The notes: generated by a model from the letters alone, not told the origin. A stretch of DNA of 64,000 bases from Octopus vulgaris (GCA_951406725.2 OX597817.1:50220001-50284000), one strand, 5' to 3'. Shown: positions 28,764 through 42,430, counted from the stretch's first letter. Made by a program: numbers and translations.

Positions 28764-31700
28764 ATGATTAAGTTGGGCTGTATAAATGTGCGTGGAATGG
28801 GGTCGAAATGGAAACAGGCTTGTTTGCTGCACGACCTCATTTCACATAGAATCGATGTGGCTATTGTCACCGAGTCCAAGATGAAAGGACTCCGAGCGTT
28901 CTCGCCACTTTTCAATGGTTACGAGAAATTTATTTCTCCTAGCCGAGGGGAAGGTACCGGCGTGGCAGTCCTTATCATGAAGAACTTGGACTTACAGGTA
29001 AGTACCGTCTTTCTGGACCCAGAATGTAGGCTGGTTGTCCTAGATGTGACTCACGTGAGTAGGCAGTCCTTCAGCTTGGTAGTTGTCTATGTTCCTTTCT
29101 AGTGACGTCTAAAACGGTAGTCTTGGTAGGAGACTTCAACACTATTCTCGATGCGCGAGTTGATAGTGTAGGCTCGAACGATAGAAAATGGAATCCTTGC
29201 CTCAAGGCCCTACTAGCGAGCTTTAATCTAGTAGACCGTTTTCGACTGGATGAGCTGAACTTTCCACAGTGGACGTGGAGTAACAACGACGGCTCACGCA
29301 GATCGTATTTGTTAAGGAACGAGATAGGAATAGCGTTAGCTGTCCACAATTTTCTGTTGTGGCTTACACGGATCACAAACTTGTGACGTGTGAGGTACAG
29401 GTAGATAAATGCCATAGACAGGGTCCCGGGTACTGGAAAATGAACAAGTCTATTTTGACTTGTGAAGCTTTCCGTACCCGGATTAAGAAATTAGTCCAGA
29501 GGGCATTATGTGGCACCATCATTAATAATAGATGGTGGCTCGCCCTCAAAAGAGCCATCCGTTTGGAGTCCATTAGATTTAGCAAGCAGCTAAGTTTAGA
29601 TAGGACTAGAATAGAGGGCGAATTAGTTAAGAACTTAGACGAGGCAATGGAATCTGGCTGTACATCTGGAGTGTTGGCAGCGAGAACGGTCTTGTACCGT
29701 CACCTCAACGCCAAGCATGAGGGGTGTAGAGTCAGAGCTAAGTTACGTGCAGGGAAACGAGAAGGTATTAATGTTGCCGCTTGGGCCCGTCGTGAGGAGA
29801 ATCAGAAGGGCAAAAAGTCCTGTATTAAGTCTTTAACTGACGAGCAGAGTCGCAAGATCTATGGACAGGAGGAGATACAGAAGGTCCTTCACCAGCATTT
29901 CACCCGGCTGTTTGGGGATGGCGGTCCGCTCGAGCGAGGGGAGGCCTTAAAGGACTTCCTAGCCGGTGGGCCGCGGCTCTCGACACGTGAGGCGGAATGC
30001 TGTGAAGGATCGATCTCTCCCGCGGATGTAAGAGAGGTTATGGCCGGTTGCACCGGGGAAAAGTCGCCGGGGTTAGATGGTCTGCCCTATGAGTTCTATT
30101 GTTGTATGCCGGATTTGTTAAGAGATATACTGGCGGGAGTCTATGCGAACTGGCAACAGAATGGGAGGATTCCCAGTTCTGAGAGCCGGGGAGTTGTGAC
30201 GCTGGTCCAGAAAGACCCGAACAAGGGGGATAATATTAGTAATTATAGGCCCATAACTCTACTTAATGTAGAGTTTAAGATTTTGGCCAAGGTGTTAGCA
30301 AAAATGTTGACGGCTGTCGTGGAGAAACTTGTCGGGAAGGCACAGACATGTGCAATCTCAGGTAGGTCGATCCAGGATAATCTTCACCTTCTCCGCTACA
30401 CTATAGACAGGGTCGGGAAATTAGCCGGCAAAGGAGGGGCATTGGTCCATTTAGACCAAAGTAAAGCGTTCGATAGGGTAGACCATCGGTACTTGGCGGC
30501 GGTCCTCGGGGCGGCTGGGCTGGGACCTGGCTTTTGCGGGTGGATCTCAGCTATGTACAGCGGCATCAAGTCCACAGTCCAGATAAACTGTTACCTAACG
30601 GAGCCGTTTTCGATCAAGCGTTCAGTTCGTCAAGGGTGTCCCTTGTCCCCGCTCCTATATGTTTTGGCTCTTGAGCCATTGCTGCGGAAGTTGGAGAAGT
30701 TGGGAGGCAACCCTAATGAAATCGGATGCAGTAAGTCTGTTTCTGTCTATGCGGATGACGTCACCCTCATCGTGTCCAACGAAGCACAGCTCGCTCGTGT
30801 AGAAGGTGCTCTCCGAAGATACGAAGCTGTGGCAGGGGCAAAAGTTAACAAGGACAAGTCCACCGGTTTGCGCATCGGCACCTGGAGGAACAAGCCGATA
30901 TTGTCCAGTGTTGTTAAATTGCTCGGAGTTTGGTTTGGTCCAGACTCCCAGACGAAGAAGAATTGGAGCGAGGTAGCGAACAAGGTAGAAGCTATAGTAC
31001 AGAAGTGGTCCGGAAGGCATCTTTCCTTGAAAGGGAGGGCGGAGGTGGTATAGATGTTTATAGCCTCTGTCATCACCTACCGCCTGACCGTCGTACCTTG
31101 CCCCGATTCGTGGATAAGCAAGTTGGAACAACTCCTTTTCCGCTTTTTGTGGAGGGGAGGAAAGCCACTTGTGAGACGCTCTGTGTGTTGCCAGGAACCG
31201 CTAAAGGGCGGGCTGGGGATGCCTTGGCTAATGATGCGCAGGCATGCGTTGAGGCTGAGACATCTCTGGTGTCACCTGGAGGGTGATAAGGTGTCGAGTC
31301 CGCTGGCAGAGGAATTCTTCTCGCGACCGGCCTCTATGGAGATATTTAAACCCGGTTTCATTAAAAGACGTAACCTGACTTTATGGCTGATCCACAAGGT
31401 GGGCAAGGCCGGCAGCGGGAATACTACCTCGGTGTTCTAAGGAGGGCTGGTAGAGGCAAAAAATGACGACGTCCTAGGAGGGGCTCTGGGGTTCGATGAG
31501 AATCAACTCTCCAACCTGTTTAAGAAGACTTTCAGGCCGGGGTATTTGGACAATTACCAAAAATCCCTGACTTGGCAGTGCTATAGGAATGCATTACCTG
31601 TTCGCGATAAGTTATCCAGGCACGGAATGTCAGTGCCACCGACATGTCCAAGATGTGGGTTGGAAGATGAAACCGTTCAACACGCTTTTGTACAATGTCG

Positions 31701-32043
31701 GGAGCTGTCAAGGTTGATAAGTTACGTTGAACACGTGTTGTCGCATCTGGGACGAGTACAGCTGTCGGCTGGATCTATGATAAAGATGATACCGCCAACT
31801 GGACTCTCAAAGGAAGGTAAGGCTTGTTTTTACTGTACGGTGGTAGTTCTGAAAGAGTGTGTGTGGAGAACCAGAATGGAAAATTTAGTGAAAGGGTCCT
31901 TTTTCTCTGGCCCCAGTTTGTTAAAATACTTCAGATATCTGAAGAGCAAGATGGGGTTGGAGAAGAGGAGCCTGCCACAGAAAGAGTATATGAAACGTTG
32001 CAAGGATGTGATGAGAAAGGTGGGCGTTAGTAACCCAGCTTAA
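28764..32043 (+). pseudogene. Tx1-like ORF2 (AP endonuclease, reverse transcriptase, C-terminal zinc finger)
   Basis: CINVRG, VLVGDFN, TDHKLV; SPGLDGLPYEFY, YRPITLLN..KILAK, LDQSKAFDRVDH, RQGCPLSPLLY, YADDVT; CPRCG..ETVQHAFVQC. Split into at least five ORFs. Confidence 0.92.
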
Positions 32044-32371
32044 TCATCGAAGAAAGGAAAAATTAGTTGCTGGGCCTTATAGGCTGTCGGGTTCAAAATT
32101 CGAAACCGGCACTTCCCATTCCTTTTCATTTTACATATGTTATAACGTCTAATTATTTTTTTGTTTAAAAAAACAAAAACCAAAAAAAAACACGCACTAA
32201 AGTTCTCGTTATAAAGGCAAAAGTAAGCCAATTTTTCGTTCATGTTACATTATAATTAATTTTTTATAATTTTTAAGTATCATTCGAACTCTCATAACAT
32301 TCTTTGTAATTGTTTGTCTTGTGATGTCCAATTCTATGTAAAATCTCATGATTGTAATAAAGATTTATCTT

Positions 32372-32453
32372 CAGCTAGCAGGCCTCTGCTACTCTAGACC
32401 GATGATGGGCAAAGACCCTGAAACATGCGTGTCTCTAGATGCAGGCCTAGCTG
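32372..32453 (+). ncRNA. Type I hammerhead ribozyme motif (CCGAUGA core variant) with a long stem I
   Basis: UCUAGA-CCGAUGA-U-GGG(CAAAGA)CCC-U-GAAA-CA(UGCG)UG-UC^UCUAGA; stem I extends through CUGC/GCAG and CAGCUAG/CUAGCUG; predicted cleavage after 32433. Confidence 0.72.
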
Positions 32454-32653
32454 TTGGGGGTATTTGTCTCCCCTTCGTAAATATATAAGGACACGGAAAA
32501 TGTGTTGAAGCTGACAGAAAGCGTCGATGCTTCCTAGGGCTAAACAGCGGTGATGTAATCCCCTACTGTCACGTTAAGTTGACAGTATACAACCAAACTA
32601 TCGCCCCACCACCGTACATATCTCTATGAGATATTTAGAAATTTAATATTTCT

Positions 32654-32712
<59 letters not shown>

Positions 32713-32884
32713 GCTCAACAGACGACAATTAAACCATATGTGTTTCAGCTCAAATGTTAATCACCTTAGTCTCCCACCGTCGATTGAACACACGGTTTAT
32801 CCGTATCTGATGGTGGGATATGGCATAATATAAAGAGCGCAGTAATGATAACAGTTACAATAAAAGAGTACCAATTCCTATATA

Positions 32885-33449
<565 letters not shown>

Positions 33450-34119
33450 CGCCGATTTTGTTGTGGCAAGTGTTAGAAGTAATCTTTTCAAAAAGGACAC
33501 AGGCCACAGTTTCGCCTTGTGCTGTCGTTCAATCGTTCAAAATGTATTTTCTAATAGTAGATGATACACGACTTAGATATAAGGGACACCATTTTTTCAG
33601 CTGAGCTGTTAAAGCTGCATGCATAATATCACCAAGTATTTGTCTGCGGTTACGTGACAGACAAATCTGTCATTTGTAATCATTATCTAGTTTTTATTCC
33701 GTGAACTACAAGCTAGATTATCTCTGAATTTTCTGCTAAACAGAACTTAATAGAAACACTCGGAAGTGCATTGCTGATTTTGAACACTGCATTTTGTAAT
33801 TTTCATAGACACTTCAAATTTTCTCAGCCGGCAGTGTAATGACTGTCTTTTTTTGGTAACCATTCACTTCTGTTCAGCTGGTAATGTTCCCAACAAACGG
33901 TACTGATGTTCAAGGAGTTAAATTTTTTCATACTTGAAGTTGTTCTTGCTTACGTATTTTGTTAAGGATCCTCATCTAACCATAATCGTATTGCCCAATA
34001 GGTAGGCTGTTTAATTTGAATCATGTCGATGCTAAAGCAAATATCTTTATTTCGCTTGTTCACGATTTGTTCTATGCAGATTATCCTTTTTCTTGCGACT
34101 CACATGAAACATTCAATAA

Positions 34120-34323
34120 TTACTCTTTTACTTGTTTCAGTCATTTGACTGTGGCCATGCTTGAGCACCGCCTTTAGTCGAGCAAATCAACCCCAGGACT
34201 TATTCTTTGTAAGCCTAGTACTTAATCTATCGATCTCTTTTGCCGAACCGCTGGGTTACGTGGACGTAAACACACCACCATCGGTTGTCAAGCGATGTTG
34301 GGGGACAAACACAGACACACAAA

Positions 34324-34404
<81 letters not shown>

Positions 34405-34587
34405 ATATATACACATATATACGACAGGCTTCTTCCAGTTTCCGTCTACCAAATCCACTCACAAGGCTTTGGTCGACCCTAGGCTATAGTAGAAGACATT
34501 TGCCCAAGGTGCCACGCAGTGGGACTGAACCCGGAACTATGTTGTTCGAAAGCAAGCAACTTACCACAGAGCCACTCCTGCGCCTAT
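34120..34587 (-). mobile_element. SINE family B, full length
   Basis: Same structure; central (TA)n(TG)n. Confidence 0.9.
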
Positions 34588-34972
34588 GAACTTCTCCAGT
34601 GCTTCTAATGATTTTGAACTTACAATAAACTAGAAAAGGCCGAGGCGTTGTTTATACCTGCTACAAGAGATGTGTATGTGGAACAGGAATATACTTTTCC
34701 TAAGCTGTAGACTTCATGTCATTGGTTCTAAATTTCGTAGTAGCTCATTAATATCCCTGACACATATATCTAAAGAATGAAGACGTCGTATTGACAATAT
34801 ATGGAAATATTCGAATGACTTCACCAAAACTGTCTAAGGCATTAGAAGCTCGTTTTACAAGTTCGTGGTTTCTATACCTAAGGTATATACACACACGCTC
34901 ACATACACGTATACACACATATGCGCACTCACACACACATACGTACACTCATATATATATAGAGAGAGAGTA

Positions 34973-35202
34973 AGGCGGCGAGCTGGCAGACACGTTAGCG
35001 CGCCGGGCAAAATGCTTAGCGGTATTTTGTCTGCCTTTACGTTGTGAGTAGAAATTCCGCCGAGGTCGACTTTGCCTTTCATCCTTTCAGGGTTGATAAA
35101 TTAAGTACCAGTTACGCACTGGGATCCCTGTAATCGGCTTAATCTGTTTGTCTGTCCTTGTTTGTCCCCTCTATGTTTAGCCCCTTGTGGGCAATAAAGA
35201 AA
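34973..35202 (+). mobile_element. SINE family A
   Basis: ggcggcgagctggcagacacgttagcgcgccggg...gaggtcgactttgcctttcatcc...agccccttgtgggcaataaagaaata. Confidence 0.9.
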
Positions 35203-35845
35203 TATATATATATATAGAGAGAGAGAGTGAATGAGAGATTGACTAGTGGTTTCAAGTTTTGGCACAAGGCCAGCAATTTCGGGGAGGAGGCAAGTCGATT
35301 ACATCGACATCGATGCTCGATTGATACTTATTTTATCGACCCCAACATGTGAAAGTCGGAAGACATATCGGGAAGCATTTTTCCAGCGAGATAACGATCG
35401 TCTCTTAAAGACAGAATGCATATTAATTATTAAACTAATATTTCTAGTAAATATATATGTAATGAGAGCCAATCGTCACACATGAACGAGTATAGCTTAG
35501 TAACAGAACATATATCACTGTATCCCTGTATCGACCAGATTATTGAATATAATTACACACCACTGGACACAATGCACTTCCGAGTGTTTCTTTATTCCGC
35601 CCTACTTTTCTGTCTTGGCTTCGATCTGTTCAATACATCGTCTTCGTCCCATCGCTGTGGGAGCCTTGACCGCGTTTTTTTCCGATCTTTTCGATACTGC
35701 TCAGCAACTTCACGGGTCTACTTGGCGTGTTTGAATCTTACGACATGTCAGGCACAGCGGAAATTCTGCTTTCGATATTCTGCAACCATTTCATTCGTTT
35801 AATTCCCTCTTATAATTACCACATTTATATATGTGCATGAAGGAA

Positions 35846-35892
<47 letters not shown>

Positions 35893-35991
35893 AAATGAGG
35901 GTGAAAAATTGTATATTAATTTAATAATATCAGTTTAACACCAATGTTTTAGTGCATAAAAAACTGAGATTCAGTAAATATTATTAATACA

Positions 35992-36507
35992 CTAGCAGTA
36001 TCGCCCGGCGTTGCTCGGGTTTGTAAGGGAAATAACTATATAAGCATTTTTAGAGAGTTACTTCCTTTATAGATGCCAATTCGGGCTTTCTTAGCCATTT
36101 CTGTTTTGGTGTCTTCAAGCCATGAAGTCGTAGTTCTAAAAGAACGCTGGTCTCCTTGACAACGCATTAAGACGTTGATTTCCTTAAACTTCCTTCCCCA
36201 CAGCTTCACGAGGGAGGGAAGAAGGGAGAGAAGCAAACACAGGTGCAGGTGTTTGAGCGTGGACGCCAACTCCGCCGCCATCGACACACGAAAAATTATG
36301 CATTAAATGGAATAAAAAATGATGTTAAATTATTTTTAAAATCGTAGACTCATCGTAGACGCGCGCTAATACTCAGACGGGCTCGATATTAATCACGACT
36401 ATAAGATAGCCGAATTTGGTTAAACTGCACCGCAGAATGTGGGAGGAGTTAGGAATCTAAATCGTAGGAGACAGACACTCACACAACTACAGTTTTATAT
36501 ATATAGA
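35992..36507 (-). mobile_element. Non-autonomous Helitron (same termini as the other copies, different interior)
   Basis: 5'-TC..., 3' hairpin cccgagcaacgccggg plus CTAG, inserted between A and T. Confidence 0.85.
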
Positions 36508-36509
36508 TA

Positions 36510-37065
36510 TGTGAGAGGGAATCCACTAAAAGTGAACTCCCTTTCGCTAGCCACTAAAAGTTGTTCTCAAGAAAAACTTTAGCACACCATAAACGTAAGT
36601 GGGCATTGGTGTTAAACTGATATTATTAAATTAATATACAATTTTTTACCCTCATTTTAATTTTAATTCTTAATTAATATTGTTCTCAACCCGGCGTTAG
36701 CTACTGCAGTGAATTGTTTATGCGGTATTTATTTCCGGAGATTTGGCACGCTGGACGAGGGCATTTGAATATAACTATGAATGTAATAGGCCGTACTGCT
36801 CGCATTTTTGGCCTCGTGTTAATATATGGCGTGCAGTTCCACAAATTATATTCTTGACAGACTCCACTGACCATCTGCAAATTAATTGTGTAAGTAAAAT
36901 TGCATAATTTATTAACAGTGAAACAATTGTAAGGGGTTAATCTATATTTTTGTTATTTTTCATTTGTCCAGCCCGCTTACGTTCATGGTGTGCTAATTTT
37001 TTTCTTGAGAACAACTTTTAGTGGCTAGCGTAAGGGAGTTCACTTTTAGTGGATTCCCTCTCATA
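36510..37065. repeat. Element bounded by ~95-bp inverted repeats (36510-36604 and 36970-37064)
   Basis: gagagggaatccactaaaagtgaactccct...cgtaagtgggc is present in both orientations. Confidence 0.75.
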
Positions 37066-37069
37066 TATG

Positions 37070-37112
<43 letters not shown>

Positions 37113-37148
37113 AAATATATATATGTACACACACACACATACATATAA

Positions 37149-37202
<54 letters not shown>

Positions 37203-38566
37203 TTGGCGATACAAACAAGAAATACGTCATTCAAAATATGAGTGTGTATATATATATATACACACTTTATTCATATTTATCAGAGTCGTTCAAGGGTCGA
37301 GAGTTTCCTACGTTGCACTAATGAAACTCAAGTCAATGCCCAAAACTCTTGCCCGTTGAGTCTCTCTGTGACTTCTGCTAAATATTAATATGTCCGTGTG
37401 TGTGTATGCATGCGCCCGTATATTACTCAAGGCTTCTTCAGCTAAAAGAGATTTAGCATCTACACTTGATACTAAATAAGTAAAAAGGAAATATTTCCGA
37501 AAAAACACATCCTTTTTTTTAATAGACTAAATAAGCTTAGGTTGAACGATGTGGTTTCTGGTATGCAATAATAATGATAAGAGATGCAGCACGAAGCTTT
37601 GTCAGTGAACAGGTCGCGGTCTCAAAGCGACGAAAATATTTCGACAAATTAAATTTAAATGTTGAAGTGAATCTAACGATTTTCTGTGTTTCTTAAATGA
37701 CTTATAAACACCTTCCACGCTGCAATTGTTTTCGTTCCAGCACACGATCTCAGATCAAGTCACTCGCTATGCAAGTACATCTCAATAATACTCTATTGTA
37801 AATAAAAGCTATGATCGCGACTGCAATGCCTTGGTCTTCGGTTCGATCTGTCAAAGCTGAACTCAGATTGACCTCAGGTTAAACAAAAAGATCAGATATT
37901 GTATCATTTCTTGAGATAAATATTGTTCCTAGTTCCCGATTAAAAATAATTACGTATCTCGAAAATATTTGATTAAAACACTAAAGATTTATCATCAGTT
38001 TGTTTTACGACGTTACAAAATTTTCTTAGTTTTTCAAATTTTGGAATAAAATCGCACTTGAAGATCATAAATTTAAAAACAAAAATAACGTATCTGACAA
38101 TTGTCTTTCACATAAATCGACATGGATGTAAATAAGATTTTTTTCTATAGTAATATTATATCTGAAAATTCATAAAGTAATATGTAATATATTTACTAAA
38201 TATTATCAGACACATAAACATGTGCAAGCGCAAATAAATATGTACTCACACATAAACACAAAAACAATTGATTTTACTCATATAATATATTGTGATTTTA
38301 ATTTTCAAATTTTCCACAAATTATTATATTTCGTTTCATTCTGCGTTTCATGCTTTCTGTTTTCGTCGATATTTATAGCGTGGACTATCATAATTCTTTT
38401 GCCCGTTAAATGGAAAATTATTGAAAAAAATTCAAATGAATTATTTCTCTTCTTATAATTCTTTTATATACAAATGTAGGTCAAACACGAAGCGAACAAA
38501 CAGCAGCTGAAGTAACACCTCTAGTTAGAAAAAAAGTACTTTATCTATCAATATATCTATATTTCT

Positions 38567-38770
38567 AAGGTGGCGAGTTGCTACAATCATTAGCACGTTG
38601 GATGAAATGCTTAGCGGCATTTCATCCATCAACACATTCCGAAATTCAAATTCCACCAAGGTCCGATTTGTCTGTGATTCTTTCATAGTTGATAAAATAA
38701 ATACCAGTTGAGCACTGGAGGCGATCTAGTCGAATTATTCCTTCTCCGAAATTGCTGGTTACATGCAATA
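38567..38770 (+). mobile_element. SINE family A, degenerate
   Basis: aaggtggcgagttg..gaaatgcttagcggcatttc..ttcaaattcc. Confidence 0.7.
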
Positions 38771-39136
38771 AATAATTTGAACGCAATATATTCCCATTCC
38801 TGAAAAATTTATGTTTAATCTAAAGTCAAACACGCGTTAATTTCTTAGAAGATAATATCAATGCCCTTTCAAATTAAGTAATACTTTACGAATCAACGGG
38901 ATTATCCAGATACGGCTGCCTCATCCAAGAAGATGAACTGGCTTTGCAATCGGCTCTACATTAAAGAAATGTGAACTATATTTTCAATTAGATCAACAAC
39001 CTATAATTTATTTTATTTGAGACGGATGTGTGATTAGAATGCCATTGGTAAGAATCATAAGATAGATTCTTCAAGCCGAAGGGGACCTAGGATTAGACCA
39101 ACAGCAAGATGGTTGGATAATATCTATAGTCTCAAA

Positions 39137-39535
39137 GACGGCGAGCTGGCAGAAACGTTAGCACGCCGGGCGAAATGCTAAGCAGCATTTCGTCTGCCGC
39201 TACGTTCTGAGTTCAAATTCCGTCGAGGTCAACTTTGCCTTTCATCTTTTCGGGATCAATAAATTAAGTACCAGTTACGCAGTGGAGTCGATGTAATCGA
39301 CTTAATACCTATGTCCGTCCTTGTTTGTCTCCTCCATGTTTAGCCCCTTGTGGGTAATAAAGAAATAGGCATTTCATCTGTCTTTATGTCTGAGTTCAAA
39401 TTCAGTCGAGGTCAACTTTGCCTTTCATCCTTTCGGGGTCGACAAATTACGTACCAGTTGCGTACTGGGGTCGTTATAATCGACTGGTCCCCTGCCCCAA
39501 AATTTCGAGCCTTGTGCCTAGAGTAGAAAAGAATA
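39137..39535 (+). mobile_element. SINE family A with a duplicated internal module
   Basis: Head at 39137; the module gagttcaaattc..gtcaactttgcctttcatc occurs twice. Confidence 0.88.
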
Positions 39536-39647
39536 TTTATAGTTTCAGTTGGCCACGCTTTGGCACACCCATTGTACATAGAGCACCTTTGTGATTCTGA
39601 AGCTATTTTGGCCACACCGTTAAGCCTCAAGCAATATTTTGCCTTGT

Positions 39648-39955
39648 GGAGAGACATGGCCTAGTGGTTAGAGCAGTGGACTCGCGGTCGTCGGATCGCG
39701 GGTTTGAATCTCAGACCGGGTGATGTCTATATTTACAAGCGAAACACCTAAGCTCCACGCGGCTCCGGCAGAAGGTAATGGCGGACTTCTGCTGACTCTT
39801 TCGCCACAACTCTCTCGCTCTTTCTTCCTGCAACTTGCAGCTCATCTACGACGGACCGGCGTCTCGTCCAGTGGGGGGGGGGGGCTATACGCCAAGGAAA
39901 CAGGGAAACCGGCCCTAATGAGCCAGGCATGGCTCGCGAAGGAACAAACAACAAA
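39648..39955 (+). mobile_element. SINE family C (tRNA head)
   Basis: A box tggcctagtggttagagc, B-box-like ggtttgaatctc; homologous to 41065-41320 and 53560-53875. Confidence 0.85.
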
Positions 39956-40669
39956 TATTTTACCTTTCTGTCTGACTTGCTTTGTGCACACCTGACATTA
40001 TTTTCTATTCTAAAACACGTTTATGATACGTACGCTGTGTGTCAAATAATATTTAACTATTATAAAACCATTTTATTAGCACACACATTTATCTTCAAAA
40101 CTACTTCGGTTTTCTAAAAGTTATTCTTCTCTCAAGTATGGAGCACCCAAAACCCTATACTTTATTTAGAACTATTTCCGACACAGATATTGCTCTCTCC
40201 ATAGATTTACAGTTCTACAAAAAATGTTTGTGCGTACTATGAACCATCAACACAATTCAGTAAATATAAAATAAAATTCGATGACACGAGAATTAATGCA
40301 TACCTGCGTATTCTTTAGATATTGTTGTTGGAAGATAATTTGAGGTTCAAACGAATATATTTGATATTCTGAATAGGTTCATACGTGTATTCAACAAGTT
40401 GAAATGATATACATATAACAGTCTCTTACGTTAACGGAAAATAATTTATATTTGAAGCTGAAAATAGATATCTATACCATATCTTTTCTAGATATAATTC
40501 TTCTGAAGTTTTCCCTAATAATAATTCCTTTTTGTTTTTTTTTAATGTTCTTCTTATTAGGAAAATTGAGTTAATATATTTTTTAAAAAATCTTTTGCGT
40601 CTCATTACAACGTCCTCTTATGAATTGGTTAGAGTAACAGACAGCTGACACTAAACAGTTCTACTGATA

Positions 40670-40845
40670 CTGCCGTTACGTTCTGAGTTCAAATTTTGCC
40701 GAGGTCGACTTTGCCTTTCATCCTTTCGCGGTCGATAAATAAAGTACGAGTTACGCACTGGAGTCGATATAATCGACTTAATCCGTCTGTCTGTCCTTGT
40801 TTGTCCCCTCTATCTTTAGCCCTTTGTGGGCCATAAAGAAATAAA
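40670..40845 (+). mobile_element. SINE family A, 5'-truncated
   Basis: ctgccgttacgttctgagttcaaatt...agccctttgtgggccataaagaaata. Confidence 0.85.
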
Positions 40846-40849
40846 TATA

Positions 40850-41065
40850 ATCCTTTCTATTATAGGCACAAGGCCTGAAGCTTAGGGGAGAGGGATAGTC
40901 AACTGCTACTTAACTTATCAACTCTGAGAGGATGAAAAGCAAAGTGGACCTCGGCGGAATTTGAACTCAGAACATAAAGATGGATGACAGACGAAATACC
41001 TATTTCTTTACTACCCTCAAGGGGCTAAACACAAAGGGGACAAACAAGGACAGACAAACGGATTA
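40850..41065 (-). mobile_element. SINE family A, partial, inverted relative to the previous copy
   Basis: aggatgaaaagcaaagtggacctcggcggaatttgaactcagaac. Confidence 0.8.
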
Positions 41066-41320
41066 TGGGTTCGAATCTCAGACCGGGCGATGTGTGTGTT
41101 TATGAGCGAAACCCCTAAGCCCCACGCAGCTCCGGCAGAAGTTAATGGCGAACTTCTGCTGACTCTTTCGCCACAACTTCCTCTCACTCTTTCCTCCTGC
41201 ATCTTGCAGCTTACCTGCGAAGGACCGGCGTCCCGTCCAGGTGGGGAACCTATACGCCAAGGAAACCCGGGAAACCGGCCCTTATGAGCCAGGTATGGCT
41301 CGAGAAGGAACAAACAAAAC
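41065..41320 (+). mobile_element. SINE family C lacking its A box
   Basis: Starts at gggttcgaatctcagaccggg; matches 39700-39955. Confidence 0.85.
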
Positions 41321-41748
41321 AAGCATGTATGCATGCACACACACACACATACCCACACATGTATATATGTAATATTATATACGCAAGTACCCACACACAT
41401 ACACACTCATACACAGATATTACAGACACACCAATAAGAACTGTCCCGCCTTGGAAACCATATTTTTGTCTCTCAATTTTCCGCTATGCTTGTGATCAAT
41501 TTATAAGTTACGTAAGTGTATTTTTGTCTAACTCTCTTCCTGTCTCCTTTGGGTCTTTCTTTCTCCTCTTCTCTGGACTTTTCTCTGCATATTCGACGAA
41601 GCACTATACTCAAAAACGTTATACTCTTCACTCTATAATTTTTTTGTTTTTTTTTGTTTTTAGAGTGTCAAACTCAGAGTTTAACTGTGAACATCCATCA
41701 AATTTATGTTAGTTTTCTTACTTGAAATCATCGTTTGTTATTCATTTG

Positions 41749-41804
<56 letters not shown>

Positions 41805-41964
41805 TATCTATTTATCTATCTATCTACCTATCTACCTATCTATCTATCTCTGTCTATCTATATCTCTCTCATTCTCACTCGCCCTCTTTCTCTTCCCCTC
41901 CTCCCATTCTCTCTCTCGCTCTCTCTCTCTCTCTCTACACACATACACACTCACATATATATTT

Positions 41965-42203
41965 CTTTATTCTTTTATTCTTTTACTTGTTTCAGTCATT
42001 TGACATGACAGCGGTCATGCTGGAGCACCGCCTTTTAGTCGAGGAAATCCCTAGGACTTCTTTGTAAGCCTGGTACTTATTCAATTGGACTGTTTTGTCG
42101 AACCGCTAAGTTACAGGGAACGGGTATGTAAAGACACCAACATCAGTTGTCAAGCGATGGTTGGAAGGGGCACAAACACAGACGCAATGACACACACACA
42201 CAC

Positions 42204-42257
<54 letters not shown>

Positions 42258-42430
42258 ATACATATATACATATACGATAAGCTTCTTTCAGTTTCTATCT
42301 ATCAAGTCAACTGACAAGGCTTTGATCGTCCTGAGACTATAGTAGACGACACTTGCCCAAGGTGCCACGCATGAGATTGAACCTGAAACCACGTGGTTGG
42401 GAAGGAAGCTTTTTACCACATCCCTACTCC
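41965..42430 (-). mobile_element. SINE family B, full length
   Basis: Family B tail, central (CA)n/(CT)n, and head. Confidence 0.85.

Larger units (their letters stand above)
27111..32370 (+). mobile_element. Near full-length Tx1/L1-clade non-LTR retrotransposon, decayed
   Basis: 5' UTR, ORF1 with zinc knuckle, ORF2 APE-RT-zinc finger, T-rich 3' UTR, AATAAA at 32356-32361. Confidence 0.92.

Noticed and set aside
35595-35720. Minus-strand peptide EVAEQYRKDRKK resembling the C-terminus of a ubiquitin-conjugating enzyme
   Set aside because: The match is too short, there is an upstream in-frame stop, and no other E2 motifs are present.
39648-39720. tRNA-like sequences here and at 42930, 53560 and 60035
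   Set aside because: They are SINE heads with A/B boxes that run into SINE bodies; no complete cloverleaf is evident.
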